A stretch of DNA of 64,000 bases from an uncultured Methanosarcinales archaeon (lineage in GTDB: Archaea; Nanobdellota; Nanobdellia; Woesearchaeales; ARS49), in the NCBI GenBank assembly GCA_964550175.1, contig CAZJXP010000001.1, forward strand, positions 322,774 to 386,773. The letters run 5' to 3'. The position numbers and the translations under genes are program-made. Within the stretch, counting starts at the first letter, position 1. Each line of letters opens with the position of its first letter. Shown here piece after piece: positions 50,650 to 61,334 of the stretch. Below the pieces are notes generated by a model. It was not told the DNA's origin. It worked only from the letters and a program-made list of their open reading frames with translations, and ran no database searches.

Positions 50650-51620
50650 TGGCAAAGCCGAAAGCCCACGTCGCGGAATCCAAGAAAGTCCTCGTCAAGA
50701 AGCTTGAGCACTTGCTCGAGAAATCCCCGATCATCGGCATCGTCAACATGGAAGGATTGCCTTCCTCACAATTGGGCGCATTGAAGAAGGGACTCCGAGG
50801 TAAGGCCGACCTCTTCATGGCAAAACGCCGATTGATCACCATCGCATTCGAAAACGCGAAAGTCAAGGTCCCGAAGCTCGAGACCCTAATCCCGCACCTG
50901 AAGGGCATGCCGGCCTTGCTGTTCACCAAGGACAACCCCTTCGCGCTCTACAAGTTCCTCAAGAAATCCAAGTCTCCCGCGCCCGCAAAGGCAGGCCAGG
51001 AATCCCCGCGAGACATCACCATCCCCGCAGGACCGACGCCGTTCGCGCCGGGACCCGTCATTTCAGAATTGGCAGCCATCGGCATCAAGGCCGGCGTCGA
51101 GAACGGCAAGGTCGCCGTCCGTCAAGATTCATTAGTCATCAAGCAAGGAGAGAAGTTCAGCGGTCCGCTTGCCTCAATGCTCTCGCGCTTGGGCATCGAA
51201 CCGATGGAAATCGGCCTTAACGTCGTCGCGGTCTTCGAGAAAGGCATCATCTACGACCGAAGCGTCTTGGACGTCGACGAAACCGTCTTCATGGCAAACC
51301 TTATGACGGCAGCGTCAGAAGCGTTCAACCTCTCCGTCGAAGCAGAAATCCTCACGGACGACAACAAAGAACTCATCATCGGCATGGCATTCCTCGGCGC
51401 GAAGTCATTGGCACGCGAATCAAAGTTCCTTGCCGACGCCATCGCGGAAGAAATCCTCGAACAAGGCGAACGCGAAGCCCGCTCGCTCGCGGCCGAAACG
51501 AAGTCCGAAGTCTCGCACGAACGCCACACGGCGGCCGCGCAGCACCCGAACGACGCTCAAACTCACAAACAGGCCGAGCAAATGCTCGGTGACCTGAAAC
51601 AGAAAGGAACCTTACGGTAA
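50649..51620 (+). CDS. rplP0: Ribosomal protein L10 / P0
   Basis: Classic L1-L10-L12 order; P0 N-terminal domain. Confidence 0.85.
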   Translation: MAKPKAHVAESKKVLVKKLEHLLEKSPIIGIVNMEGLPSSQLGALKKGLRGKADLFMAKRRLITIAFENAKVKVPKLETLIPHLKGMPALLFTKDNPFALYKFLKKSKSPAPAKAGQESPRDITIPAGPTPFAPGPVISELAAIGIKAGVENGKVAVRQDSLVIKQGEKFSGPLASMLSRLGIEPMEIGLNVVAVFEKGIIYDRSVLDVDETVFMANLMTAASEAFNLSVEAEILTDDNKELIIGMAFLGAKSLARESKFLADAIAEEILEQGEREARSLAAETKSEVSHERHTAAAQHPNDAQTHKQAEQMLGDLKQKGTLR

Positions 51621-51634
51621 TTGGAGGAAACAAC

Positions 51635-51943
51635 ATGGAGTACATCTACGCGGCACTGCTCATCCACAAAGCAGGCCAGAAAGTCGACGAAGCCAACGTG
51701 ACCAAAGTCCTGCACGCAGCGGGAGTCAAGGTAAACGAAGCCCGAGTCAAGGCCCTTGTCGCGGCCCTTGAAGGCGTCAACATCGAGGAAGCTGTCAAGA
51801 AGGCAGCGGTCGCTCCTGTTGCAGCCGCTCCGGCACACGCCGAGCACAAGGCTGAAGGCAAGAAGGAAGAAAAGAAGTCCGCCGAAGACGAAAAGAAGAG
51901 CGAAGAAGCGGCAGCAGCCGGTTTGAGCGCTCTGTTCGGATAA
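51635..51943 (+). CDS. rpl12: Ribosomal stalk protein L12 / P1
   Basis: [15 protein letters not shown]-terminus, Ala-rich hinge, acidic C-terminus ending GLSALFG. Confidence 0.85.
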   Translation: MEYIYAALLIHKAGQKVDEANVTKVLHAAGVKVNEARVKALVAALEGVNIEEAVKKAAVAPVAAAPAHAEHKAEGKKEEKKSAEDEKKSEEAAAAGLSALFG

Positions 51944-51998
51944 GTACCTCCTTTTGTTTTTTTTCCCTTTTTCGGGAACCAAAAGAGGAGTTGCATAA

Positions 51999-52883
51999 TT
52001 GACAACGGATGAAAAAACTCAACTTACCAAGCAAGCCGATGAATTGCTTCATCAGATAAAGGCTTTGCGGAAGACATTGCACGAGTTGAACGACCAAAAA
52101 GAGAAATTGTTCGACCAGCGCAACGCCGTCGGCAAAGAGATTTCTGAATTAATCAAGAACGTCAAAGGCATCCGCTCTGAACGCGATTCGCTTACTTCAA
52201 CAGTCAAACTTTCGAAGGAAGAACGAGAAAAATTGACGTCCGACATCAAGGCGCTCACGGCCGAAGTCAAGAAGCTCACGGAAGAGAAAGATTTAGCAAT
52301 CAAGAAGTCCGGCATCACGGACGACCCACGATTCTTACGCCACGAATTCGAGCGACTGAACTACAAGCTCGAAACCGAGGCCATCAGCTTCGAGAAAGAG
52401 ACCAAGATGATGAAAGTCATCAAGGACATCAAGAAGAAATTGGATGCGGCCAAAGGCATCAGCGTTGTCGTCGACAAACTCCGAGCAGCATCACGCGAAC
52501 TCGACAGAATGAAGTCCATCGCGCAATCAGCGCACACCAAAGTAACCTCCGCGGCTCACGCTTCCCAAGAAAAGCACACCGGAATGATCGAAGTCTCGCA
52601 CAAGATCGACCTGCTGAAAGCGAAGGAAGACGAATTCAACAAGCAGATCGCCGCGAAGAAGGCCGAAATGCAGCCCATCGGCGACGAACTCGACAAGAAG
52701 TCGGCGCAGTTGAACGAACTGAACGACAAATTGGGCTTCGCCCGCGAAGAAGGCAAGAAGCAGAAGGAAGACAGCCAGAAGAAGCAGATCCACGACAAGG
52801 CAGAGGAAGTCCGCGCGAAGTTAATGCGCGGCGAAACCTTGACGACGGAAGACATCTTAGTGTTGCAAGGCGCAGATAAATAA
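51999..52883 (+). CDS. Coiled-coil protein (294 aa)
   Basis: Continuous heptad-rich K/E sequence. Confidence 0.5.
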   Translation: MTTDEKTQLTKQADELLHQIKALRKTLHELNDQKEKLFDQRNAVGKEISELIKNVKGIRSERDSLTSTVKLSKEEREKLTSDIKALTAEVKKLTEEKDLAIKKSGITDDPRFLRHEFERLNYKLETEAISFEKETKMMKVIKDIKKKLDAAKGISVVVDKLRAASRELDRMKSIAQSAHTKVTSAAHASQEKHTGMIEVSHKIDLLKAKEDEFNKQIAAKKAEMQPIGDELDKKSAQLNELNDKLGFAREEGKKQKEDSQKKQIHDKAEEVRAKLMRGETLTTEDILVLQGADK

Positions 52884-52921
52884 GTCATAGCCTTTTTATT
52901 TAGACAAACGCTACAATTTCT

Positions 52922-53209
52922 ATGTCACTCAAGGTTGATTTGGATTTAATGGACACCTTCTCCCCGGATGACCTAGAACGCATTCTCAAAGATGTCCACG
53001 CCATCACCGAAAGCCCGTTCGGCAAGAATTTCTATCCTGCTGGAGCCGTCATGCGCGTCGGCATCGACAAGAAACCTGATGGACGCATCGACTACCAAGT
53101 CACCATCCACAGCCTGCCTCCTAGCCAAACGGGCAGCTACAAGATAAAGTCGTATACCTACCAGTCAACGCCGGCAAAACCGTTACACGGCCATCTCAAT
53201 CGGGCGTAA
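52922..53209 (+). CDS. Hypothetical protein (95 aa)
   Basis: ORF. Confidence 0.4.
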   Translation: MSLKVDLDLMDTFSPDDLERILKDVHAITESPFGKNFYPAGAVMRVGIDKKPDGRIDYQVTIHSLPPSQTGSYKIKSYTYQSTPAKPLHGHLNRA

Positions 53210-53234
53210 AATATCTACGTTTACGTTGCTCCCC

Positions 53235-53311
53235 CCGGCAGATTTTGAGTCGTTAGTTATATCGTAAATAAAATTCTGAACGTAACGACGTCCAAACATG
53301 CCGGTAAAAAG
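53235..53311. repeat. Intergenic palindromic element copy (inverted orientation relative to most others)
   Basis: CCGGCAGATTTTGAG ... CGTAACGACG ... CCAAACATGCCGGTAAAAAG. Confidence 0.7.
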
Positions 53312-53312
53312 T

Positions 53313-53591
53313 TTACGGCTGACTTCCTACTTTCGGACACACGCCTTCCGTCCAAGAAGCCACGTTTTCGTCCTTGCAGGCCTCGCACTTATTGTTGAAG
53401 TTCTGCGCGCACGGATACGCAAAACATTGAATCTTCTCAGAATACCAGCCACAGACTTGGTTGTACTCCGAAGGACAGACCGAAACCAAACGGTCAGCGT
53501 CCGTGCAGTTGGCCTGTTTGATTTCAGGCGGAGCACTACACGCGGCTAAGAAAAGAACGCAAAAAAGAAGCGGAATTCTCACAGGCAGCAT
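53313..53591 (-). CDS. Cys-rich secreted lipoprotein (92 aa, 10 Cys)
   Basis: Start at MLPVRIPLLFCVLFLAACS (lipobox); mature part is Cys-rich. Confidence 0.5.
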   Translation of the reverse strand: MLPVRIPLLFCVLFLAACSAPPEIKQANCTDADRLVSVCPSEYNQVCGWYSEKIQCFAYPCAQNFNNKCEACKDENVASWTEGVCPKVGSQP

Positions 53592-53854
53592 TTGCCCGAG
53601 TGCTGGCCGACCAGCACGAACGCGACCGCGATCATAACTGTGCTTAAAGCGCTCACGGTGAGACCATCCAGCGTGCCCAATTGCACGAGCGTGAACAAGA
53701 CCGAAGAGACGATGAACAGCAAGAACGCCCACATCAGCAAGACCGCGCTCTTCGCCTTCGTGAGGTAATACAGCCCGATAAGCGCCGCGACCAAGTGCAC
53801 GATTATCCAAACAAGACTAGGAACCGAACTGAACCATCCTGCGCCGAATGCCAT
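53579..53854 (-). CDS. Small membrane protein (91 aa, 3 TM)
   Basis: Hydrophobic ORF overlapping the start of the downstream lipoprotein. Confidence 0.45.
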   Translation of the reverse strand: MAFGAGWFSSVPSLVWIIVHLVAALIGLYYLTKAKSAVLLMWAFLLFIVSSVLFTLVQLGTLDGLTVSALSTVMIAVAFVLVGQHSGKCCL

Positions 53855-53938
53855 ATGACACCTCTTTTGATACTTGTGCTGAGAGCTCTCCGTATTTAAA
53901 GATTATGAGAAATAAAAAAATAAAAAAGAATAATTAAT

Positions 53939-54421
53939 TTATTCGGTTACGACTGCCTTGGTCGGAATAACCATCTGGACTGACTTCTCGTCAGACCAAT
54001 AGTCCATGCCGCCAATAGATGCGTGCGCTCGGACGTAGACCGTGACAAGCTCGCCCATCGCAAAGCTAGTCTCGAATCCCTTAGTCGCGTCGCCAGTGAA
54101 CTGCATCTTCGGAGACGTGCTCTGGTAGGTCAGCGCAGTCGGAGCAACAACATCCGCATTTGAGACGGTGCTGTAATGAACCGCTGACTGCGTTACCATA
54201 TCGGCGCCGTTGACTTTCCAGGAGATGACAATCGGCTTACCGATTGCGACTTCCATCGGCACATTTACGAACTCGACGCTCGGAGAGGCCATAACCTCAA
54301 CTGGGGCTGGCGCAGGGGCCGGAGCCGGGGCAGGCGAAGGAGACGGAGCAGGAGCACTTGAGCAGCCTGCAACGACAACCAGCGCTGCGACCAAAATAAA
54401 CCATAACATGTTTCGCTTCAT
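53939..54421 (-). CDS. Secreted lipoprotein with Pro-Ala repeat linker
   Basis: Signal VVAGCSS followed by SPSPAPAPAPAPAPVEV, then a beta-rich domain. Confidence 0.5.
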   Translation of the reverse strand: MKRNMLWFILVAALVVVAGCSSAPAPSPSPAPAPAPAPAPVEVMASPSVEFVNVPMEVAIGKPIVISWKVNGADMVTQSAVHYSTVSNADVVAPTALTYQSTSPKMQFTGDATKGFETSFAMGELVTVYVRAHASIGGMDYWSDEKSVQMVIPTKAVVTE

Positions 54422-54531
54422 GGGATCACCTTTTATGATTCATTTTGTCTATTCACAAGTGTATATAAAGATTACGAATAGTAAAATGAAACACTGTCGG
54501 GATAATATAGAAATATAAGGTCAAAAAAGAA

Positions 54532-54756
54532 TTACTCAACTTTCTTCGCGTGGTACTCGACGTACCCACACTTGCCGCAAACAACACGGTCCTTATGGGC
54601 GCCAAGGAAGAATCCAGGGCCGCACTTCGGGCAATGCTTGTTCTTGCGGTGGACGGAATCGCCCTTCTTCTCGAAGAGGTCCCACACACCTGCCAACGGT
54701 CCCTTCTTGACGGGAGCCGCGGCTGCCTTCTTTTCCGGTTTTTTTGCGTCTGCCAT
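54532..54756 (-). CDS. rps27ae: Ribosomal protein S27ae
   Basis: CPKCG...CGKCG zinc ribbon, 74 aa. Confidence 0.85.
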   Translation of the reverse strand: MADAKKPEKKAAAAPVKKGPLAGVWDLFEKKGDSVHRKNKHCPKCGPGFFLGAHKDRVVCGKCGYVEYHAKKVE

Positions 54757-55053
54757 TTAACTTGCCGCCGGGGCTGCGCCAGCAGCCGCCTTTACCTTGA
54801 TCTTCGGTTCAATCTTGTCCTTCTGTTCCTTGGACGCGTAGACGTACGCCTTGATGACCGCGTGGGTCGAGCCAAAGCCGCCCTTGATCTGCTTGACCAC
54901 GACCGCGTCCTCGGACGCGGAGAGCTTGGTCGCGATAGCCTTTGCGACTTCGACGTTGCTCGGCGTCGCCTTCGTGAACGAGACGTGCGCCAAAATTTCC
55001 TTGCGAAGCAGCATAGGATTCTCTTTCTGTTCCTTGATTGTGAGTTCCATTAC
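54757..55053 (-). CDS. rps24e: Ribosomal protein S24e
   Basis: MELTIKEQKENPMLLRKEI...; the track's ORF is extended upstream, trimmed here to this Met. Confidence 0.8.
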   Translation of the reverse strand, partial: VMELTIKEQKENPMLLRKEILAHVSFTKATPSNVEVAKAIATKLSASEDAVVVKQIKGGFGSTHAVIKAYVYASKEQKDKIEPKIKVKAAAGAAPAAS

Positions 55054-55238
55054 GTCACCTTGATTGCATATTCTGCCGCCTTCGTGATGCCGACTTTCTT
55101 CGCGACATCGCTCTTCTCGGCGTCCATGATCGTCATCCTTCCTTTCCAGTTCTGCACGAGCTGGGAGCCCTTGCAGACGGGGCATTCGTGTCCGTCGACC
55201 AATGCCTTACACTTTTTGCATGCTTGTTTCTTGCTCAT
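55050..55238 (-). CDS. spt4: Transcription elongation factor Spt4 (RNA polymerase subunit E'')
   Basis: 62 aa with CKKC...CPVC zinc ribbon; sits between rpoE' and S24e as in other archaea. Confidence 0.8.
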   Translation of the reverse strand: MSKKQACKKCKALVDGHECPVCKGSQLVQNWKGRMTIMDAEKSDVAKKVGITKAAEYAIKVT

Positions 55239-55846
55239 TTCTTCTCCTTCTTCTTGTCTTCCTTCTTCTCTTCCTTGACTTCCGCCTTTGCGGGAGCCTT
55301 GTTCTCGGCTTCAATCCACTCGAGCTTTCCTAAGCCAACTTGACGCATCGTCAAGCCAATCTTCGGGTTCAGCGGATCCTTGAATGAAACTGCGATGACT
55401 CTTGCGCGACATTCGTCGCCGACCTTCAATGCGCGCTTCGAATCCTTGCCCGTCAGGACTTTCTCCTTGGCGAACGAAACGAAGTCGTCCATCGTCTGGC
55501 TGACGTGGATCATGCCGTCTATCGGGCCCATCGTGAGGAATGCACCGAAATCGGCGATATCCTTGATTCTGCCCGGGATGACCTCGTGCATTTCCGGCTT
55601 GAACGTGATTAAGTTGAAGGTGGTCTCGTAGTACGCCGCGCCGTCGCCGGGGATGATGATGCCCTCGTTGACGCTCTCGACGTTCAATACATCGATGACG
55701 AATCCGATATCCTCATCGATGAAACCGCCGTACTTCTCTCTGACGGCCTTGATAACTGCTTCGTTGACGTCGTTCACGAAGTGCTTCGGAGCGACGCGAA
55801 TATGGTCCTTGAGTTGGGTTTTGTAAAACATGTTGGTGTCCATCAA
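55235..55846 (-). CDS. rpoE: DNA-directed RNA polymerase subunit E' (Rpb7 homolog)
   Basis: N-terminal RNP domain and C-terminal S1 domain. Confidence 0.85.
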   Translation of the reverse strand: MMDTNMFYKTQLKDHIRVAPKHFVNDVNEAVIKAVREKYGGFIDEDIGFVIDVLNVESVNEGIIIPGDGAAYYETTFNLITFKPEMHEVIPGRIKDIADFGAFLTMGPIDGMIHVSQTMDDFVSFAKEKVLTGKDSKRALKVGDECRARVIAVSFKDPLNPKIGLTMRQVGLGKLEWIEAENKAPAKAEVKEEKKEDKKKEKK

Positions 55847-55940
55847 TGCCGGCGGGGTTACAGAACCCCCAGCATCTCACAGACAGACTTCCTGAAGACC
55901 CCTTTATAAAGGTTTCCCTGACGACGCAGTTCCTTGTGAC

Positions 55941-56040
55941 CTTTTTACCGCCACGTTTGGTACCGTCGTTACGCGTACGATTCTAACTACGGTACGAACT
56001 CAAAATCTGCCGGTGCGAACCAACGTGCGGAGAAAAGCAA
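55941..56040. repeat. Intergenic palindromic element copy (right end degenerate)
   Basis: CTTTTTACCGCCACGTTTGG ... GTCGTTACG ... CTCAAAATCTGCCGGTGCGAACC. Confidence 0.65.
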
Positions 56041-56044
56041 ACTA

Positions 56045-56440
56045 CTAACTCAATCCACGTTCAATAAGACTCAAATAACCCTTTTCTCTGATTACAATAA
56101 CACCGATTCCGGCTGATTTTAACCGTTGTTTCAAGCGCTGGTCCTGGGTCGCGACGATGTCTTTTTTTGTGGCGGTCGAGACGAGCAAGTCGTCGACATG
56201 CCCTCCTTTCGTTTTCAACGTGATAATGTCCTTGTTGGATGCCAATATCAGAAGCGCGATGCTGCCGAGCTCCTTCTTCTTGCCGCCCAAGGCCTGGAAC
56301 TTCTTCAGCTCGTCAAAGACCCGGTCCAACACGACGATATCATACGCAAAATCGCAAATGCGACGGATCTCTCCGAACAGGTCGACTTTCCACCTCACGG
56401 TATCCAGAATCAAGTTGGTGTCGAGGAATACGCGTCGCAT
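56045..56440 (-). CDS. PIN-domain protein
   Basis: N-terminal VFLDTN acidic motif; 131 aa. Confidence 0.6.
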   Translation of the reverse strand: MRRVFLDTNLILDTVRWKVDLFGEIRRICDFAYDIVVLDRVFDELKKFQALGGKKKELGSIALLILASNKDIITLKTKGGHVDDLLVSTATKKDIVATQDQRLKQRLKSAGIGVIVIREKGYLSLIERGLS

Positions 56441-56463
56441 ACGGCAATTAACTCATGAGAGTA

Positions 56464-57468
56464 TTAATGGGTTTTGCTCGCCAACGCGAGCAGCTGGCTG
56501 CCGAGCAAAAAGGCAACCAAGTACGGGACGATGACGGCGAATAGCGGGATGACCCCGATGAGCAGCAACAACGCAGCCGTGTCCGCGCCTCTTTGTCCGG
56601 CAAGCGCAAGATGGGCGCGCTCGGCGAACGACATAGGGACGGAAAACCAGACGAGGAACCGGATGACAACCGAAATGCACAACAGCAACAACGCGACCAA
56701 CAAGATTTGCCAGGTCAGCGAGACCATGCCGAGCAACAGGCACGCCAAGACAAGCAACGACTTAAACGGCCCCTGGTCGAGACGATGGTGCTCCGCAATG
56801 ATCGCGTTGCTGACGAACATTCCAAGGACAATGACTGCGATGACGCCCGAGCCGTTCAACGCGGCGGCGAGCAAGTAAGTAACAATCGCGGCAAACGCAA
56901 ACCCGAGATAACGATGGTGCACGTTGCCATGGCGGATGATTCTCAGCACCATGATTCCGATCAACACCCCCGTGCCGATGCCGGTGAGCCACGGAATGAC
57001 GATATCCGAGATTCCTGAAACGGCATCAAGCGGACGCAAACTGGTCAACAAGAACACGATGACAATGGCGAGCAACGACGTGAACCGGCTTTCGTGGCCG
57101 AGCAGTTCATTCGAGAATGATTGAACGCTCGCCAATGCGATACCGGCGATGACGGAAAAGAACAGGTCGAACCCGACAATGTGCAATCCCCAGCCCAACG
57201 CGGCGGCATGGAGAATTAATGAGCATGCCGAAACGCGCAACGCCTTGAACGCGGTCGTGTCTAAGTGCGCGAACCGCATCCGGCTATTGTCGAACAACAC
57301 TAATGCTAAGGTGATGCTCGCGACCACCATTCTAACGTTATCGGGCACGCTGATGCCGAAGAAGAACAATGCGAGACCGGCAAGCAGCCCCATCAACACG
57401 CCGTGGCGCGAGAACGAAAGCGCTATCGCGACAACAATCACGATGGCTATGCTCCAAACTTGGTCCAC
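56464..57468 (-). CDS. Polytopic membrane protein (about 10 TM), possible transporter
   Basis: Hydrophobic 334-aa ORF. Confidence 0.5.
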   Translation of the reverse strand: MDQVWSIAIVIVVAIALSFSRHGVLMGLLAGLALFFFGISVPDNVRMVVASITLALVLFDNSRMRFAHLDTTAFKALRVSACSLILHAAALGWGLHIVGFDLFFSVIAGIALASVQSFSNELLGHESRFTSLLAIVIVFLLTSLRPLDAVSGISDIVIPWLTGIGTGVLIGIMVLRIIRHGNVHHRYLGFAFAAIVTYLLAAALNGSGVIAVIVLGMFVSNAIIAEHHRLDQGPFKSLLVLACLLLGMVSLTWQILLVALLLLCISVVIRFLVWFSVPMSFAERAHLALAGQRGADTAALLLLIGVIPLFAVIVPYLVAFLLGSQLLALASKTH

Positions 57469-57542
57469 GCATCACCTCTTTCTTGAAACAGTCGCGTTGC
57501 GGTATAAAAACATTTTTATATGGCGCTCGGGTCAAGTCAACC

Positions 57543-58778
57543 ATGAAGATTCCCGCGATTCTTAAGCAAGCCCTTTCTGAAATCTCGCCCAACAAGGAAG
57601 ACCACTGGGTCGTCAAGGACGTCAACGCCTTTCTTAATCGACTGAAGCTCGAGCTGAAGTCGCGCAAAATCAACGCAAAACCGATTCTTGGTGGCAGCTT
57701 CGCGAAAGACACCTGGCTCAAGGGAGACTACGACGTCGACGTGTTCGTGGCTTTCGATATGAAGCACAAGGACGATGCCCTCAGCGATTTGCTCGCGAAA
57801 GCGTTAAAGCCGTGGAAAACCGAACGCGTGCACGGCTCGCGCGACTACTTCCAAATCCACGGCAAGATCAACTACGAAATCATCCCGGTGTTGGCGATCA
57901 AGACCGCGAAGCAGGCGCAGAACGTCACAGACTTTTCGCCGAAGCACGTCGCGTGGGTCAACACCAAAGGAAAGAAGTTCAAGGGAGATATTCGATTGTT
58001 CAAAAAGTTCTGCAAAGCCCAACGCATGTACGGCGCGGAAAGCTACATCCGAGGCTATTCAGGACACGTGGTCGACATCCTCGTCATCTACTTCAAGGGA
58101 TTCCTTCCGTTGCTGAAAGCAGCCTCGAAATGGGACGCGAAAGCGAAAATCGTGTTGGACTACAACAACTCATTCAAGGGACAGGCGCTGTTCAAATTGA
58201 ACGAAAGCAAAATCCAAGGGCCGCTCGTGGTGGTCGACCCGGTCCAGCCGGACCGCAACGCGGCCGCCGCCTTGGTGCAAGAACATTTCGAGGCGTTGAT
58301 TCATGCTGCAAAAGATTTCCTCAAGAAGCCGTCCATCGACTTCTTCATCGAAGAGACCGAGTCTGACGCCGACTTGAAGAAGCAAGGGGCGTTGATTATG
58401 CACGCGACGACCATCAAGGAAAAGGAAGATATCGCCGGCGTCAAGATGGTCAAGGCGTTCCAGTACATCACGCAGCAATTGATCGACAACGACTTCACCG
58501 TCATGAGCGACTGGCAGTGGGACAAGAAGTCACACGCCGTCTACTGGTTCCGCACGAAAGAAAAGACGCTTCCGGCAACGATGCTCCGCCGCGGGCCGCC
58601 GACCGACATTCCCAAAGCGGTTGCGATCTTCAAGAAGAAGTACAAAACTACAAAGACCGTCAAAGGACGGCTGGTCGCGAACGTCAAGCGCGAATTCCGA
58701 ACGCCTCTTGAGGTCATCAAGCACGCGATGAAATCGGATTACCTGAAAGACAAACTCGTCGCGCTCAAACTCGCATGA
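57543..58778 (+). CDS. cca: CCA-adding tRNA nucleotidyltransferase, archaeal class I
   Basis: GGSFAKDTWLKGDYDVDVFV nucleotidyltransferase motif; start at MKIPAIL rather than the track's upstream ORF start. Confidence 0.85.
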   Translation: MKIPAILKQALSEISPNKEDHWVVKDVNAFLNRLKLELKSRKINAKPILGGSFAKDTWLKGDYDVDVFVAFDMKHKDDALSDLLAKALKPWKTERVHGSRDYFQIHGKINYEIIPVLAIKTAKQAQNVTDFSPKHVAWVNTKGKKFKGDIRLFKKFCKAQRMYGAESYIRGYSGHVVDILVIYFKGFLPLLKAASKWDAKAKIVLDYNNSFKGQALFKLNESKIQGPLVVVDPVQPDRNAAAALVQEHFEALIHAAKDFLKKPSIDFFIEETESDADLKKQGALIMHATTIKEKEDIAGVKMVKAFQYITQQLIDNDFTVMSDWQWDKKSHAVYWFRTKEKTLPATMLRRGPPTDIPKAVAIFKKKYKTTKTVKGRLVANVKREFRTPLEVIKHAMKSDYLKDKLVALKLA

Positions 58779-59404
58779 ACCTTCTCAATTTCATATTGCA
58801 TTTAGATACGTCGCTGGACGCGTTGATATCTCAGTTCGGCATCGGGATTTACGTCATTCTCTTCATCGTTATGTTTTGCGAAACCGGGCTTGTTGTCACG
58901 CCGTTCTTGCCCGGCGATTCTTTGTTGTTTGCGGCCGGAGCGTTCGCGGCGCGCGGGACGATGAGCTTTTGGATATTGTTTATCACATTGACGATCGCGG
59001 CAATACTTGGGGACACGGTCAATTACTGGATTGGGCACAAACTCGGAGCAAAAGTGTTCACGCGCGAAACCGGATTCTTCAACAAGGAGCACCTGACCAA
59101 GACGCACGCGTTCTACGAGAAATACGGGCCGAAGGCGATCGTGCTCGGCAGATTCATCCCGATAATCAGAACGTTCGCGCCGTTTGTGGCGGGCGTCGGA
59201 AAGATGGCGTATCCAACGTTCGTTTTCTACAACATCACCGGCGCAATACTCTGGGTCGGACTGGCGCTCGGCGCGGGGTATTTGTTCGGAAACATTCCGG
59301 TCGTGAAGGACAACTTCACGTTGGTCATCCTCGCGATTATCGGGATTTCTCTGTTACCGGTGATTTGGGAAGCTTATTCGCACAGGAAGAAGAAAATAAG
59401 TTAA
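58775..59404 (+). CDS. DedA-family membrane protein
   Basis: GLVVTPFLPGDSLLFAAGAF motif. Confidence 0.75.
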   Translation: MNLLNFILHLDTSLDALISQFGIGIYVILFIVMFCETGLVVTPFLPGDSLLFAAGAFAARGTMSFWILFITLTIAAILGDTVNYWIGHKLGAKVFTRETGFFNKEHLTKTHAFYEKYGPKAIVLGRFIPIIRTFAPFVAGVGKMAYPTFVFYNITGAILWVGLALGAGYLFGNIPVVKDNFTLVILAIIGISLLPVIWEAYSHRKKKIS

Positions 59405-59431
59405 GATTTTTCCCAAGCCGTTCTTCCTGCG

Positions 59432-59500
59432 CAGATTTTGAGTTAGCGTTAGGTCGTCGATAATTAACGCCGACACTCGACCAATCGGGCCGGTAAAAAG
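59432..59500. repeat. Intergenic palindromic element copy (CAGATTTTGAG ... CCAATCGGGCCGGTAAAAAG subtype)
   Basis: Paralog of the 10548..10618 copy. Confidence 0.7.
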
Positions 59501-59565
59501 TTTAACGACGAACCACTAGCTTCTAGCACCATAATCGTTTTAATCATTCGATTTGTTCTTCCTTC

Positions 59566-60567
59566 ATGGACGCGGGAACCTTCAAGGAAATCAATGCGAA
59601 GATAACTCCTGATGCTTCTGTTCCGACCAGCATCATTCTCGGAAAAGAAGGCTATGTTGCGGTTCCGCTAGGAATTGAACATTTCCACGCAATAACTCCC
59701 GCAGAAAAGATGCTTGCGTTCGTCGACTCCGGGAACGCGGAATTGGCGAAAGGAGCGAACTTTTCGCTGCAGTTCATCCGCACCTGCGCGGTCATCAAGG
59801 GCAAGGCTGCAATTCATCGCGAACACACCTGTCTTGTTCAAGCGTCACGAAAAGACGGCAAGCTCGGCTATTCGATTGAGCTTTTCGGCACCAGCAAGAA
59901 TCTCCCCTTCATCGATTTGTACGACCAATCGCTCGCGCTCGGATCAAACCGCGTCGAACCCGCAAGAGTTGCGGAATTAGTCCGAACCTTGCTCGAACTC
60001 CAATTAGCCACTGACATCATCAAAGACCTGCCGAACAACAGTTTCCTTGTTCGCGACGGAAGCTTGGAAGCCCACACGATCCATGAACAAAATGCGCTCC
60101 GAGCGCTGTACGAAGCGGCCCGATTGCAGGGCGTCACGATTGCCGGACTGAGCAAAACGAGCACGCTTTTGACTGACACGGGCCACGCGGCCGTGCCGTT
60201 CATCGCGCATTTGGCGCCGCAAGGACGCTGGGCCTATCACCCGATTGCGACCAGCAACCGACCGGAACACCAGGCGATTGTCTGCATCGCGAAACTGCAC
60301 GAGCGTAGCACGCATTCCTTTCGAATTGACGTGTTCGACCAGAATGCTCCGTTTGTGGACGAATTACTCTCAGCATTGGCGTTCGAAAGCCAAGACGCGG
60401 CGTTCTTGGGCTATCCGTACGGATTGACTGAAGTCGACCGCTACGCCAAAGTGCGGGAAGAAGAGCGAGCGTATTTGCGCATGCGCGCTGAAGCCGCGTT
60501 AGGACACTCATTGCAAGACGCCGAGAGAGCGATTGACGCCCACGATAGGCTGAATGAAGCCGTTTAG
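59566..60567 (+). CDS. NurA-like nuclease domain protein (tentative)
   Basis: LVRDGSL motif and size about 330 aa; weak. Confidence 0.35.
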   Translation: MDAGTFKEINAKITPDASVPTSIILGKEGYVAVPLGIEHFHAITPAEKMLAFVDSGNAELAKGANFSLQFIRTCAVIKGKAAIHREHTCLVQASRKDGKLGYSIELFGTSKNLPFIDLYDQSLALGSNRVEPARVAELVRTLLELQLATDIIKDLPNNSFLVRDGSLEAHTIHEQNALRALYEAARLQGVTIAGLSKTSTLLTDTGHAAVPFIAHLAPQGRWAYHPIATSNRPEHQAIVCIAKLHERSTHSFRIDVFDQNAPFVDELLSALAFESQDAAFLGYPYGLTEVDRYAKVREEERAYLRMRAEAALGHSLQDAERAIDAHDRLNEAV

Positions 60568-60656
60568 CATTTTCTAGTAGTGATAAACCCTTTTATAGCA
60601 TCCGCCGTAAAGGTCTGCCATACGTTCCTACAAGGAACAAACGGAGGAGTATCATT

Positions 60657-60980
60657 ATGGATGCAAAAATCGGACATTGGGCATTCATTGTGGGCATCTT
60701 GCTTGCGATCATCGCAGGGCTTGTCCCGCAATTGCAGACCTCAACCATTACCTGGATTCTCGTAATCTTGGGACTCGTTGTCGGCTTGCTGAACATCAAC
60801 GCGAAGGAAACCACGGAGTTCCTCGTTGCAGTCATCGCATTGCTGATCGTCGGCAGCGCAGGAGCAATCCCGGCGCTCGGCGGCATCGTGTTGTCCATCT
60901 TGGCCAACATCGTCGCCTTGTCGGCACCGGCAGCCTTGATCGTCGCGTTGAAGGCGATCTACGCCTTAGCGGCTGAATAA
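60657..60980 (+). CDS. Small membrane protein (107 aa, 3-4 TM)
   Basis: Hydrophobic ORF. Confidence 0.5.
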   Translation: MDAKIGHWAFIVGILLAIIAGLVPQLQTSTITWILVILGLVVGLLNINAKETTEFLVAVIALLIVGSAGAIPALGGIVLSILANIVALSAPAALIVALKAIYALAAE

Positions 60981-61119
60981 ATACATTTTTTCTTAAATTT
61001 TTAATTTTTTGATGTTACTTGCGGCAGCGCTGGCCGGGGCTGCAGCCGAGCTGCGCCCGCCAGCAGCCGCACGGAAGGTCGCAACTCATCCGTTACCATC
61101 TTTCCGCTTCCTTGCAAAA

Positions 61120-61200
61120 CTTTTTACCGGCGAGATTGGACGTAGCGCAGTCAAAGTAAATCTGATTTCAAAATCATAACGCATAAAAAGGGGAACACGT
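61120..61200. repeat. Intergenic palindromic element copy (right end degenerate)
   Basis: CTTTTTACCGGCGAGATTGG followed by an A-rich degenerate tail. Confidence 0.55.
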
Positions 61201-61334
61201 CGCAGGAAAACGTGAAAAGCTACGACCGACGACCGGCAGAGTCAAGAAAACAGAAAATCCAGCACGACAAGGCGTTCGTGCGATGGATTCTCCTCGTCAT
61301 CGCGTTGGCATTCGCACTGAGCTTTCTGAGATAA

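Noticed and set aside
54550-55278. 242-aa plus-strand ORF spanning the S27ae/S24e/Spt4 region
   Set aside because: It is antisense to three confidently identified small ribosomal and transcription genes.
57369-57542. The track's ORF start for the CCA enzyme, extended 58 codons upstream to 57369
   Set aside because: The upstream extension overlaps the divergent membrane-protein gene and is Arg-rich. The conserved CCA N-terminus begins at MKIPAIL (57543).
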